From positions 1,550,001 to 1,614,000 of the forward strand of contig OZ024744.1 of the NCBI GenBank assembly GCA_964016885.1: DNA of 64,000 nt, read 5' to 3'. The translations under genes were made by a program, and so were the position numbers. The stretch comes from Eledone cirrhosa (Eukaryota). Shown in pieces: positions 1 to 14,459 of this stretch (its first letter is position 1; each line of letters starts with the position of its first letter). Below the pieces are notes generated by a model, which saw only the letters and a program-made list of their open reading frames with translations, was not told the DNA's origin and made no database searches.

Positions 1-349
1 ATCTTTCTCTACCTCGTCTTCCCTCAAAACTTTGTTCTTCACCAAGCTATCTTTCTCTACCTTGTCTTCCCCCAAAACTTCGTTCTTCACCAAGCTATCT
101 TTCTCTACCTTGTCTTCCCCCAAAACTTCGTTCTTCACCAAGCTATCTTTCTCTACCTTGTCTTCCCTCAAAACGTCGTTCTTCACCAAGCTATCGTTCT
201 CTACCTTGTCTTCCCCCAACACTTCGTTCTTCACCAAGCTATCTTTCTCTACCTTGTCTTCCCCCAAAACGTCGTTCTTCACCAAGCTATCTTTCTCTAC
301 CTCGTCTTCCCTCAAAACTTCGTTCTTCACCAAGCTATCTTTCTCTACC

Positions 350-3300
350 TTGTCTTCCCCCAAAACTTCGTTCTTCACCAAGTCATCTTTCCCTACCTTG
401 TCTTCCCTCAAAACTTCGTTCTTCACCAAGATATCTTTCTCTACCTTGTCTTCCCCTAAAACTTCGTTCTTCACCAAGCTATCTTTCTCTACCTTGTCTT
501 CCCCCAAAACTTCGTTCTTCACCAAGCTATCTTTCTCTACCTTGTCTTCCCCCAAAACTTCGTTCTTCACCAAGCTATCTTTCTCTACCTTGTCTTCCCT
601 CAAAACGTCGTTCTTCACCAAGCTATCTTTCTCTACCTTGTCTTCCCCCAAAACTTCGTTCTTCACCAAGCTATCTTTCTCTACCTCGTCTTCCCTCAAA
701 ACTTCGTTCTTCACCAAGCTATCTTTCTCTACCTTGTCTTCCCACAAAACGTCATTCTTCACCAAGCTATCTTTCTCTACCTTGTCTTCCCCCAAAATTT
801 CGTTCTTCAGCAAGCTATCTTTCTCTACCTTGTCTTCCCACAAAACATCGTTCTTCACCAAGCTATCTTTCTCTACCTTGTCTTCCCTCAAAACGTCGTT
901 CTTCACCAAGCTATCTTTCTGTACCTTGTCTTCCCTCAAAACATCGTTCTTCACCAAGCTATCTTTCTCTACCTTGTCTTCTCCCAAAACTTCGTTATTC
1001 ACCAAGCTATCTTTCTCTACCTTGTCTTCCCTCAAAACTTCGTTCTTCACCAAGCTATCTTTCTCTACCTTGTCTTCCCCCAAAACTTCGTTCTTCACCA
1101 AGCTATCTTTCTCTACCTTGTCTTCCCCCAAAACTTCGTTCTTCACCAAGCTATCTTTCTCTAGCTTGTCTTCACACAAAACTTCGTTCTTCACCAAGCT
1201 ATCTTTCTCTACCTTGTCTTCCCACAAAACGTCATTCTTCACCAAGCTATCTTTCTCTACCTTGTCTTCCGTCGAAATTCGTTCTTCACCAAGATATCTT
1301 TCTCTACCTTCTTTTCTCCCAAAACTTCGTTCTTCACCAAGCTATCTTTCTCTACCTTGTCTTCCCTCAGAACTTCGTTCTTCACCAAGCTATCTTTCTC
1401 TACCTTGTCTTCCCTCAAAACTTCGTTCTTCACCAAGCTATCTTTCTCTACCTTGTCTTCCCCCAAAACTTCGTTCTTCACCAAGCTATCTTTCTCTACC
1501 TTGTCTTCCCCCAAAACTTCGTTCTTCACCAAGCTATCTTTCTCTACCTTGTCTTCCCCCAAAACTTCTTTCTTCACCAAGTCATCTTTCTCTACCTTGT
1601 CATCCCTCAAAACTTCGTTCTTCACCAATCTATCTTTCTCTGCCTTGTCTTCCCCCAAAACTTCGTTCTTCACCAAGCTATCTTTCTCTACCTTGTCTTT
1701 ACACAAAACTTCGTTCTTCACCAAGCTATCTTTCTCTACCTTGTCTTCCCACAAAACGTCATTCTTCACCAAGCTATCTTTCTCTACCTTGTCTTCCGTC
1801 AAAACTTCGTTCTTCACCAAGATATCTTTCTCTACCTTGTCTTCTCCCAAAACTTCGTTCTTCACCAAGCTATCTTTCTCTACCTTGTCTTCCCTCAAAA
1901 CGTCGTTCTTCACCAAGCTATCTTTCTCTACCTTGTCTTCCCTCAAAACATCGTTCTTCACCAAGCTATCTTTCTCTACCTTGTCTTCTCCCAAAACTTC
2001 GTTATTCACCAAGCTATCTTTCTCTACCTTGTCTTCCCTCAAAACTTCGTTCTTCACCAAGCTATCTTTCTCTACCTTGTCTTCCCCCAAAACTTCGTTC
2101 TTCACCAAGCTATCTTTCTCTACCTTGTCTTCCCCCAAAACTTCGTTCTTCACCAAGCTATCTTTCTCTAGCTTGTCTTCACACAAAACTTCGTTCTTCA
2201 CCAAGCTATCTTTCTCTACCTTGTCTTCCCACAAAACGTCATTCTTCACCAAGCTATCTTTCTCTACCTTGTCTTCCGTCGAAATTCGTTCTTCACCAAG
2301 ATATCTTTCTCTACCTTGTTTTCTCCCAAAACTTCGTTCTTCACCAAGCTATCTTTCTCTACCTTGTCTTCCCTCAGAACATCGTTCTTCACCAAGCTAT
2401 CTTTCTCTACCTTGTCTTCCCTCAAAACGTCGTTCTTCACCAAGCTATCTTTCTCTACCTTGTCTTCCCTCAAAACATCGTTCTTCACCAAGCTATCTTT
2501 CTCTACCTTGTCTTCTCCCAAAACTTCGTTCTTCACCAAGCTATCTTTCTCTACCTTGTCTTCTCCCAAAACTTCGTTATTCACCAAGCTATCTTTCTCT
2601 ACCTTGTCTTCCGTCAAAACTTCGTTCTTCACCAAGATATCTTTCTCTACCTTGTCTCCTCCCAAAACTTCGTTCTTCACCAAGCTATCTTTCTCTACCT
2701 TGTCTTCCCTCAGAACTTCGTTCTTCACCAAGCTATCTTTCTCTACCTTGTCTTCCCCCAAAACTTCGTTCTTCACCAAGCTATCTTTCTCTACATTGTC
2801 TTCCCCAAAACTTCGTTCTTCACCAAGCTATTTTTCACGACCTTGTCTTCCCTCAAAACGTCGTTCTTCACCAAGCTATCTTTCTCTACCTTGTCTTCCC
2901 CCAAACTTCGTTCTTCACCAAGCTATCTTTCTCTACCTTGTCTTCCCCCAAAACTTCGTTCTTCACCAAGCTATCTTTCTCTACCTTGTCTTCCCCCAAA
3001 ACTTCGTTCTTCACCAAGTCATCTTTCCCTACCTTGTCTTCCCTCAAAACTTCGTTCTTCACCAAGATATCTTTCTCTACCTTGTCTTCCCCTAAAACTT
3101 CGTTCTTCACCAAGCTATCTTTCTCTACCTTGTCTTCCCCCAAAACTTCGTTCTTCACCAAGCTATCTTTCTCTACCTTGTCTTCCCCCAAAACTTCGTT
3201 CTTCACCAAGCTATCTTTCTCTACCTTGTCTTCCCTCAAAACGTCGTTCTTCACCAAGCTATCTTTCTCTACCTTGTCTTCCCCCAAAACTTCGTTCTTC

Positions 3301-5760
3301 ACCAAGCTATCTTTCTCTACCTCGTCTTCCCTCAAAACTTCGTTCTTCACCAAGCTATCTTTCTCTACCTTGTCTTCCCACAAAACGTCATTCTTCACCA
3401 AGCTATCTTTCTCTAACTTGTCTTCCCTCAAAACGTCGTTCTTCACCAAGCTATCTTTCTCTACCTTGTCTTCCCCCAAAACTTCGTTCTTCACCAAGCT
3501 ATCTTTCTCTACCTTGTCTTCCCCCAAAACTTCGTTCTTTACCAAGCTATCTTTCTCTACCTTGTCTTCCCCCAAAATTTCGTTCTTCAGCAAGCTATCT
3601 TTCTCTACCTTGTCTTCCCACAAAACATCGTTCTTCACCAAGCTATCTTTCTCTACCTTGTCTTCCCTCAAAACGTCGTTCTTCACCAAGCTATCTTTCT
3701 GTACCTTGTCTTCCCTCAAAACATCGTTCTTCACCAAGCTATCTTTCTCTACCTTGTCTTCTCCCAAAACTTCGTTATTCACCAAGCTATCTTTCTCTAC
3801 CTTGTCTTCCCTCAAAACTTCGTTCTTCACCAAGCTATCTTTCTCTACCTTGTCTTCCCCCAAAACTTCGTTCTTCACCAAGCTATCTTTCTCTACCTTG
3901 TCTTCCCCCAAAACTTCGTTCTTCACCAAGCTATCTTTCTCTAGCTTGTCTTCACACAAAACTTCGTTCTTCACCAAGCTATCTTTCTCTACCTTGTCTT
4001 CCCACAAAACGTCATTCTTCACCAAGCTATCTTTCTCTACCTTGTCTTCCGTCGAAATTCGTTCTTCACCAAGATATCTTTCTCTACCTTCTTTTCTCCC
4101 AAAACTTCGTTCTTCACCAAGCTATCTTTCTCTACCTTGTCTTCCCTCAGAACTTCGTTCTTCACCAAGCTATCTTTCTCTACCTTGTCTTCCCTCAAAA
4201 CTTCGTTCTTCACCAAGCTATCTTTCTCTACCTTGTCTTCCCCCAAAACTTCGTTCTTCACCAAGCTATCTTTCTCTACCTTGTCTTCCCCCAAAACTTC
4301 GTTCTTCACCAAGCTATCTTTCTCTACCTTGTCTTCCCCCAAAACTTCTTTCTTCACCAAGTCATCTTTCTCTACCTTGTCATCCCTCAAAACTTCGTTC
4401 TTCACCAATCTATCTTTCTCTGCCTTGTCTTCCCCCAAAACTTCGTTCTTCACCAAGCTATCTTTCTCTACCTTGTCTTTACACAAAACTTCGTTCTTCA
4501 CCAAGCTATCTTTCTCTACCTTGTCTTCCCACAAAACGTCATTCTTCACCAAGCTATCTTTCTCTACCTTGCCTTCCGTCAAAACTTCGTTCTTCACCAA
4601 GATATCTTTCTCTACCTTGTCTTCTCCCAAAACTTCGTTCTTCACCAAGCTATCTTTCTCTACCTTGTCTTCCCTCAAAACGTCGTTCTTCACCAAGCTA
4701 TCTTTCTCTACCTTGTCTTCCCTCAAAACATCGTTCTTCACCAAGCTATCTTTCTCTACCTTGTCTTCTCCCAAAACTTCGTTATTCACCAAGCTATCTT
4801 TCTCTACCTTGTCTTCCCTCAAAACTTCGTTCTTCACCAAGCTATCTTTCTCTACCTTGTCTTCCCCCAAAACTTCGTTCTTCACCAAGCTATCTTTCTC
4901 TACCTTGTCTTCCCCCAAAACTTCGTTCTTCACCAAGCTATCTTTCTCTAGCTTGTCTTCACACAAAACTTCGTTCTTCACCAAGCTATCTTTCTCTACC
5001 TTGTCTTCCCACAAAACGTCATTCTTCACCAAGCTATCTTTCTCTACCTTGTCTTCCGTCGAAATTCGTTCTTCACCAAGATATCTTTCTCTACCTTGTT
5101 TTCTCCCAAAACTTCGTTCTTCACCAAGCTATCTTTCTCTACCTTGTCTTCCCTCAGAACTTCGTTCTTCACCAAGCTATCTTTCTCTACCTTGTCTTCC
5201 CTCAAAACGTCGTTCTTCACCAAGCTATCTTTCTCTACCTTGTCTTCCCTCAAAACATCGTTCTTCACCAAGCTATCTTTCTCTACCTTGTCTTCTCCCA
5301 AAACTTCGTTCTTCACCAAGCTATCTTTCTCTACCTTGTCTTCTCCCAAAACTTCGTTATTCACCAAGCTATCTTTCTCCACCTTGTCTTCCGTCAAAAC
5401 TTCGTTCTTCACCAAGATATCTTTCTCTACCTTGTCTCCTCCCAAAACTTCGTTCTTCACCAAGCTATCTTTCTCTACCTTGTCTTCCCTCAGAACTTCG
5501 TTCTTCACCAAGCTATCTTTCTCTACCTTGTCTTCCCCCAAAACTTCGTTCTTCACCAAGCTATCTTTCTCTACATTGTCTTCCCCAAAACTTCGTTCTT
5601 CACCAAGCTATTTTTCACGACCTTGTCTTCCCTCAAAACGTCGTTCTTCACCAAGCTATCTTTCTCTACCTTGTCTTCCCCCAAACTTCGTTCTTCACCA
5701 AGCTATCTTTCTCTACCTTGTCTTCCCCCAAAACTTCGTTCTTCACCAAGCTATCTTTCT
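350..5760. repeat. Tandem HOR duplication, period 2780 bp (58 monomers, four of 47 bp); the first part is offset by 2636 bp
   Basis: Minus-strand ORF low coordinates pair at 1257/4037, 2264/5044 and 2886/5666, all 2780 apart. The rare variant AAAATTTCGTTCTTCAGC is at about 794/3574. TTTCCCTACC at about 388/3024 is 2636 apart, three monomers fewer. Confidence 0.9.
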
Positions 5761-8700
5761 CTACCTCGTCTTCCCTCAAAACTTTGTTCTTCACCAAGCT
5801 ATCTTTCTCTACCTTGTCTTCCCCCAAAACTTCGTTCTTCACCAAGCTATCTTTCTCTACCTTGTCTTCCCCCAAAACTTCGTTCTTCACCAAGCTATCT
5901 TTCTCTACCTTGTCTTCCCTCAAAACGTCGTTCTTCACCAAGCTATCGTTCTCTACCTTGTCTTCCCCCAAAACTTCGTTCTTCACCAAGCTATATTTCT
6001 CTACCTTGTCTTCCCCCAAAACGTCGTTCTTCACCAAGCTATCTTTCTCTACCTTGTCTTCCCCCAAAACTTCGTTCTTCACCAAGCTATCTTTCTCTAC
6101 CTTGTCTTCCCCCAAAACTTCGTTCTTCACCAAGCTATCTTTCTCTAGCTTGTCTTCACACAAAACTTCGTTCTTCACCAAGCTATCTTTCTCTACCTTG
6201 TCTTCCCACAAAACGTCATTCTTCACCAAGCTATCTTTCTCTACCTTGTCTTCCGTCGAAATTCGTTCTTCACCAAGATATCTTTCTCTACCTTCTTTTC
6301 TCCCAAAACTTCGTTCTTCACCAAGCTATCTTTCTCTACCTTGTCTTCCCTCAGAACTTCGTTCTTCACCAAGCTATCTTTCTCTACCTTGTCTTCCCTC
6401 AAAACTTCGTTCTTCACCAAGCTATCTTTCTCTACCTTGTCTTCCCCCAAAACTTCGTTCTTCACCAAGCTATCTTTCTCTACCTTGTCTTCCCCCAAAA
6501 CTTCGTTCTTCACCAAGCTATCTTTCTCTACCTTGTCTTCCCCCAAAACTTCTTTCTTCACCAAGTCATCTTTCTCTACCTTGTCATCCCTCAAAACTTC
6601 GTTCTTCACCAATCTATCTTTCTCTGCCTTGTCTTCCCCCAAAATTCGTTCTTCACCAAGCTATCTTTCTCTACCTTGTCTTTACACAAAACTTCGTTCT
6701 TCACCAAGCTATCTTTCTCTACCTTGTCTTCCCACAAAACGTCATTCTTCACCAAGCTATCTTTCTCTACCTTGTCTTCCGTCAAAACTTCGTTCTTCAC
6801 CAAGATATCTTTCTCTACCTTGTCTTCTCCCAAAACTTCGTTCTTCACCAAGCTATCTTTCTCTACCTTGTCTTCCCTCAAAACGTCGTTCTTCACCAAG
6901 CTATCTTTCTCTACCTTGTCTTCCCTCAAAACATCGTTCTTCACCAAGCTATCTTTCTCTACCTTGTCTTCTCCCAAAACTTCGTTATTCACCAAGCTAT
7001 CTTTCTCTACCTTGTCTTCCCACAAAACGTCGTTCTTCACCAAGCTATCTTTCTCTACCTTGTCTTCCCTCAGAACTTCGTTCTTCACCAAGCTATCTTT
7101 CTCTACCTTGTCTTCCCTCAAAACGTCGTTCTTCACCAAGCTATCTTTCTCTACCTTGTCTTCCCTCAAAACATCGTTCTTCACCAAGCTATCTTTCTCT
7201 ACCTTGTCTTCTCACAAAACTTCGTTATTCACCAAGCTATCTTTCTCTACCTTGTCTTCCCTCAAAACTTCGTTCTTCACCAAGCTATCTTTCTCTACCT
7301 TGTTTTCCCCCAAAACTTCGTTCTTCACCAAGCTATCTTTCTCTACCTTGTCTTCCCCCAAAACTTCGTTCTTCACCAAGCTATCTTTCTCTACCTTGTC
7401 TTCCCCCAAAACTTCTTTCTTCACCAAGTCATCTTTCTCTACCTTGTCATCCCTCAAAACTTCGTTCTTCACCAATCTATCTTTCTCTGCCTTGTCTTCC
7501 CCCAAAACTTCGTTCTTCACCAAGCTATCTTTCTCTACCTTGTCTTCACACAAAACTTCGTTCTTCACCAAGCTATCTTTCTCTACCTTGTCTTCCCACA
7601 AAACGTCATTCTTCACCAAGCTATCTTTCTCTACCTTGTCTTCCGTCAAAACTTCGTTCTTCACCAAGATATCTTTCTCTACCTTGTCTTCTCCCAAAAC
7701 TTCGTTCTTCACCAAGCTATCTTTCTCTACCTTGTCTCCCCTCAGAACTTCGTTCTTCACCAAGCTATCTTTCTCTACCTTGTCTTCCCCCAAAACTTCG
7801 TTCTTCACCAAGCTATCTTTCTCTACATTGTCTTCCCCAAAACTTCGTTCTTCACCAAGCTATCTTTCTCTACCTTGTCTTTCATCAAAACGTCGTTCTT
7901 CACCAAGCTCTCTTTCTCTACCTTGTCTTCCCCCAAAACTTCGTTCTTCACCAAGCTATCTTTCTCTACCTTGTCTTCCCCCAAAACTTCGTTCTTCACC
8001 AAGCTATCTTTCTCTACCTTGTCTTCCCACAAAACGTCGTTCTTCACCAAGCTATCTTTCTCTACCTTGTCTTCCCTCAAAACGTCGTTCTTCACCAAGC
8101 TATCTTTCTCTACCTTGTCTTCCCTCAAAACATCGTTCTTCACCAAGCTATCTTTCTCTACCTTGTCTTCCCTCAAAACTTCGTTCTTCACCAAGCTATC
8201 TTTCTCTACCTTGTCTTCCCCCAAAACTTCGTTCTTCACCAAGCTATCTTTCTCTACATTGTCTTCTCCCAAAACTTCGTTGTTCACCAAGCTATCTTTC
8301 TCTACCTTGTCTTCCCTCAAAACTTCGTTCTTCACCAAGCTATCTTTCTCTACCTTGTCTTCCCCCAAAACTTCGTTCTTCACCAAGTCATCTTTCTCTA
8401 CCTTGTCATCCATCAACACTTTGTTCTTCACCAATCTATCTTTCTCTACCTTGTCTTCCCCCAAAACTTCGTTCTTCACCAAGCTATCTTTCTCTAGCTT
8501 GTCTTCACCCAAAACTTCGTTCTTCACCAAGCTATCTTTCTCTACCTTGTCTTCCCACAAAACGTCATTCTTCACCAAGCTATCTTTCTCTAACTTGTCT
8601 TCCCTCAAAACGTCGTTCTTCACCAAGCTATCTTTCTCTACCTTGTCTTCCCCCAAAACTTCGTTCTTCACCAAGCTATCTTTCTCTACCTTGTCTTCCC

Positions 8701-11700
8701 CCAAAACTTCGTTCTTCGCAAGCTATCTTTCTCTACCTTGTCTTCCCCCAAAACTTCTTTCTTCACCAAGTCATCTTTCTCTACCTTGTCATCCCTCAAA
8801 ACTTCGTTCTTCACCAATCTATCTTTCTCTGCCTTGTCTTCCCCCAAAACTTCGTTCTTCACCAAGCTATCTTTCTCTACCTTGTCTTCACACAAAACTT
8901 CGTTCTTCACCAAGCTATCTTTCTCTACCTTGTCTTCCCACAAAACGTCATTCTTCACCAAGCTATCTTTCTCTACCTTGTCTTCCGTCGAAATTCGTTC
9001 TTCACCAAGATATCTTTCTCTACCTTGTTTTCTCCCAAAACTTCGTTCTTCACCAAGCTATCTTTCTCTACCTTGTCTTCCCTCAGAACTTCGTTCTTCA
9101 CCAAGCTATCTTTCTCTACCTTGTCTTCCCTCAAAACGTCGTTCTTCACCAAGCTATCTTTCTCTACCTTGTCTTCCCTCAAAACATCGTTCTTCACCAA
9201 GCTATCTTTCTCTACCTTGTCTTCTCCCAAAACTTCGTTCTTCACCAAGCTATCTTTCTCTACCTTGTCTTCTCCCAAAACTTCGTTATTCACCAAGCTA
9301 TCTTTCTCTACCTTGTCTTCCGTCAAAACTTCGTTCTTCACCAAGATATCTTTCTCTACCTTGTCTCCTCCCAAAACTTCGTTCTTCACCAAGCTATCTT
9401 TCTCTACCTTGTCTTCCCTCAGAACTTCGTTCTTCACCAAGCTATCTTTCTCTACCTTGTCTTCCCCCAAAACTTCGTTCTTCACCAAGCTATCTTTCTC
9501 TACATTGTCTTCCCCAAAACTTCGTTCTTCACCAAGCTATTTTTCACGACCTTGTCTTCCCTCAAAACGTCGTTCTTCACCAAGCTATCTTTCTCTACCT
9601 TGTCTTCCCCCAAACTTCGTTCTTCACCAAGCTATCTTTCTCTACCTTGTCTTCCCCCAAAACTTCGTTCTTCACCAAGCTATCTTTCTCTACCTCGTCT
9701 TCCCTCAAAACTTTGTTCTTCACCAAGCTATCTTTCTCTACCTTGTCTTCCCCCAAAACTTCGTTCTTCACCAAGCTATCTTTCTCTACCTTGTCTTCCC
9801 CCAAAACTTCGTTCTTCACCAAGCTATCTTTCTCTACCTTGTCTTCCCTCAAAACGTCGTTCTTCACCAAGCTATCGTTCTCTACCTTGTCTTCCCCCAA
9901 AACTTCGTTCTTCACCAAGCTATATTTCTCTACCTTGTCTTCCCCCAAAACGTCGTTCTTCACCAAGCTATCTTTCTCTACCTTGTCTTCCCCCAAAACT
10001 TCGTTCTTCACCAAGCTATCTTTCTCTACCTTGTCTTCCCCCAAAACTTCGTTCTTCACCAAGCTATCTTTCTCTAGCTTGTCTTCACACAAAACTTCGT
10101 TCTTCACCAAGCTATCTTTCTCTACCTTGTCTTCCCACAAAACGTCATTCTTCACCAAGCTATCTTTCTCTACCTTGTCTTCCGTCGAAATTCGTTCTTC
10201 ACCAAGATATCTTTCTCTACCTTCTTTTCTCCCAAAACTTCGTTCTTCACCAAGCTATCTTTCTCTACCTTGTCTTCCCTCAGAACTTCGTTCTTCACCA
10301 AGCTATCTTTCTCTACCTTGTCTTCCCTCAAAACTTCGTTCTTCACCAAGCTATCTTTCTCTACCTTGTCTTCCCCCAAAACTTCGTTCTTCACCAAGCT
10401 ATCTTTCTCTACCTTGTCTTCCCCCAAAACTTCGTTCTTCACCAAGCTATCTTTCTCTACCTTGTCTTCCCCCAAAACTTCTTTCTTCACCAAGTCATCT
10501 TTCTCTACCTTGTCATCCCTCAAAACTTCGTTCTTCACCAATCTATCTTTCTCTGCCTTGTCTTCCCCCAAAATTCGTTCTTCACCAAGCTATCTTTCTC
10601 TACCTTGTCTTTACACAAAACTTCGTTCTTCACCAAGCTATCTTTCTCTACCTTGTCTTCCCACAAAACGTCATTCTTCACCAAGCTATCTTTCTCTACC
10701 TTGTCTTCCGTCAAAACTTCGTTCTTCACCAAGATATCTTTCTCTACCTTGTCTTCTCCCAAAACTTCGTTCTTCACCAAGCTATCTTTCTCTACCTTGT
10801 CTTCCCTCAAAACGTCGTTCTTCACCAAGCTATCTTTCTCTACCTTGTCTTCCCTCAAAACATCGTTCTTCACCAAGCTATCTTTCTCTACCTTGTCTTC
10901 TCCCAAAACTTCGTTATTCACCAAGCTATCTTTCTCTACCTTGTCTTCCCACAAAACGTCGTTCTTCACCAAGCTATCTTTCTCTACCTTGTCTTCCCTC
11001 AGAACTTCGTTCTTCACCAAGCTATCTTTCTCTACCTTGTCTTCCCTCAAAACGTCGTTCTTCACCAAGCTATCTTTCTCTACCTTGTCTTCCCTCAAAA
11101 CATCGTTCTTCACCAAGCTATCTTTCTCTACCTTGTCTTCTCACAAAACTTCGTTATTCACCAAGCTATCTTTCTCTACCTTGTCTTCCCTCAAAACTTC
11201 GTTCTTCACCAAGCTATCTTTCTCTACCTTGTTTTCCCCCAAAACTTCGTTCTTCACCAAGCTATCTTTCTCTACCTTGTCTTCCCCCAAAACTTCGTTC
11301 TTCACCAAGCTATCTTTCTCTACCTTGTCTTCCCCCAAAACTTCTTTCTTCACCAAGTCATCTTTCTCTACCTTGTCTTTCATCAAAACGTCGTTCTTCA
11401 CCAAGCTCTCTTTCTCTACCTTGTCTTCCCCCAAAACTTCGTTCTTCACCAAGCTATCTTTCTCTACCTTGTCTTCCCCCAAAACTTCGTTCTTCACCAA
11501 GCTATCTTTCTCTACCTTGTCTTCCCACAAAACGTCGTTCTTCACCAAGCTATCTTTCTCTACCTTGTCTTCCGTCAAAACTTCGTTCTTCACCAAGATA
11601 TCTTTCTCTACCTTGTCTTCTCCCAAAACTTCGTTCTTCACCAAGCTATCTTTCTCTACCTTGTCTCCCCTCAGAACTTCGTTCTTCACCAAGCTATCTT

Positions 11701-12915
11701 TCTCTACCTTGTCTTCCCCCAAAACTTCGTTCTTCACCAAGCTATCTTTCTCTACATTGTCTTCCCCAAAACTTCGTTCTTCACCAAGCTATCTTTCTCT
11801 ACCTTGTCTTTCATCAAAACGTCGTTCTTCACCAAGCTCTCTTTCTCTACCTTGTCTTCCCCCAAAACTTCGTTCTTCACCAAGCTATCTTTCTCTACCT
11901 TGTCTTCCCCCAAAACTTCGTTCTTCACCAAGCTATCTTTCTCTACCTTGTCTTCCCACAAAACGTCGTTCTTCACCAAGCTATCTTTCTCTACCTTGTC
12001 TTCCCTCAAAACGTCGTTCTTCACCAAGCTATCTTTCTCTACCTTGTCTTCCCTCAAAACATCGTTCTTCACCAAGCTATCTTTCTCTACCTTGTCTTCC
12101 CTCAAAACTTCGTTCTTCACCAAGCTATCTTTCTCTACCTTGTCTTCCCCCAAAACTTCGTTCTTCACCAAGCTATCTTTCTCTACATTGTCTTCTCCCA
12201 AAACTTCGTTGTTCACCAAGCTATCTTTCTCTACCTTGTCTTCCCTCAAAACTTCGTTCTTCACCAAGCTATCTTTCTCTACCTTGTCTTCCCCCAAAAC
12301 TTCGTTCTTCACCAAGTCATCTTTCTCTACCTTGTCATCCATCAACACTTTGTTCTTCACCAATCTATCTTTCTCTACCTTGTCTTCCCCCAAAACTTCG
12401 TTCTTCACCAAGCTATCTTTCTCTAGCTTGTCTTCACCCAAAACTTCGTTCTTCACCAAGCTATCTTTCTCTACCTTGTCTTCCCACAAAACGTCATTCT
12501 TCACCAAGCTATCTTTCTCTAACTTGTCTTCCCTCAAAACGTCGTTCTTCACCAAGCTATCTTTCTCTACCTTGTCTTCCCCCAAAACTTCGTTCTTCAC
12601 CAAGCTATCTTTCTCTACCTTGTCTTCCCCCAAAACTTCGTTCTTCGCAAGCTATCTTTCTCTACCTTGTCTTCCCCCAAAACTTCTTTCTTCACCAAGT
12701 CATCTTTCTCTACCTTGTCATCCCTCAAAACTTCGTTCTTCACCAATCTATCTTTCTCTGCCTTGTCTTCCCCCAAAACTTCGTTCTTCACCAAGCTATC
12801 TTTCTCTACCTTGTCTTCACACAAAACTTCGTTCTTCACCAAGCTATCTTTCTCTACCTTGTCTTCCCACAAAACGTCATTCTTCACCAAGCTATCTTTC
12901 TCTACCTTGTCTTCC
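4955..12915. repeat. Tandem HOR duplication, period 3929 bp (82 monomers, seven of 47 bp)
   Basis: ORF pairs 5044/8973, 5666/9595, 6241/10170, 6606/10535, 7212/11141, 7823/11752 and 8686/12615 all differ by 3929 (82x48-7). Rare variants are shared, e.g. CTATATTTC at about 5991/9920. Confidence 0.92.
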
Positions 12916-14459
12916 GTCAAAACTTCGTTCTTCACCAAGATATCTTTCTCTACCTTGTCTTCTCCCAAAACTTCGTTCTTCACCAAGCTATCTTTCTGTA
13001 CCTTGTCTTCCCTCAGAACTTCGTTCTTCACCAAGCTATCTTTCTCTACCTTGTCTTCCCCCAAAACTTTGTTCTTCACCAAGCTATCTTTCTCTACATT
13101 GTCTTCCCCAAAACTTCGTTCTTCACCAAGCTATCTTTCTCTACCTTGTCTTTCATCAAAACGTCGTTCTTCACCAAGCTCTCTTTCTCTACCTTGTCTT
13201 CCCCCAAAACTTCGTTCTTCACCAAGCTATCTTTCTCTACCTTGTCTTCCCCCAAAACTTCGTTCTTCACCAAGCTATCTTTCTCTACCTTGTCTTCCCA
13301 CAAAACGTCATTCTTCACCAAGCTATCTTTCTCTACCTTGTCTTCCCTCAAAACGTCGTTCTTCACCAAGCTATCTTTCTCTACCTTGTCTTCCCTCAAA
13401 ACATCGTTCTTCACCAAGCTATCTTTCTCTACCTTGTCTTCCCTCAAAACTTCGTTCTTCACCAAGCTATCTTTCTCTACCTTGTCTTCCCCCAAAACTT
13501 CGTTCTACACCAAGCTATCTTTCTCTACATTGTCTTCTCCCAAAACTTCGTTATTCACCAAGCTATCTTTCTCTACCTTGTCTTCCCTCAAAACTTCGTT
13601 CTTCACCAAGCTATCTTTCTCTACCTTGTCTTCCCCCAAAACTTCGTTCTTCACCAAGTCATCTTTCTCTACCTTGTCATCCATCAAAACTTTGTTCTTC
13701 ACCAATCTATCTTTCTCTACCTTGTCTTCCCCCAAAACTTTGTTCTTCACCAAGCTATCTTTCTCTAGCTTGTCTTCACACAAAACTTCGTTCTTCACCA
13801 AGCTATCTTTCTCTACCTTGTCTTCCCACAAAACGTCATTCTTCACCAAGCTATCTTTCTCTACCTTGTCTTCCCTCAAAACGTCGTTCTTCACCAAGCT
13901 ATCTTTCTCTACCTTGTCTTCCCTCAAAACTTCGTTCTTCACCAAGCTATCTTTCTCTACCTTGTCTTCCCCCAAAACTTCGTTCTTCACCAATCTATCT
14001 TTCTCTACCTTGTCTTCCCCCAAAACTTCGTTCTTCACCAAGCTATCTTTCTCTACCTTGTCTTCCCTCAAAACATCGTTCTTCACCAAGCTATCTTTCT
14101 CTACCTTGTCTTCCCTCAAAACTTCGTTCTTCACCAAGCTATCTTTCTCTACCTTGTCTTCCCCCAAAACTTCGTTCTTCACCAAGCTATCTTTCTCTAC
14201 ATTGTCTTCTCCCAAAACTTCGTTGTTCACCAAGCTATCTTTCTCTACCTTGTCTTCCCTCAAAACTTCGTTCTTCACCAAGCTATCTTTCTCTACCTTG
14301 TCTTCCCCCAAAACTTCGTTCTTCACCAAGTCATCTTTCTCTACCTTGTCATCCATCAACACTTTGTTCTTCACCAATCTATCTTTCTCTACCTTGTCTT
14401 CCCCCAAAACTTCGTTCTTCACCAAGCTATCTTTCTCTAGCTTGTCTTCACCCAAAACT

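Noticed and set aside
79-95. CENP-B box-like CTTCGTT in each monomer
   Set aside because: CTTCGTTCTTCACCAAG matches only 5 of the 9 essential positions of nTTCGnnnnAnnCGGGn, lacking the A and the GGG.
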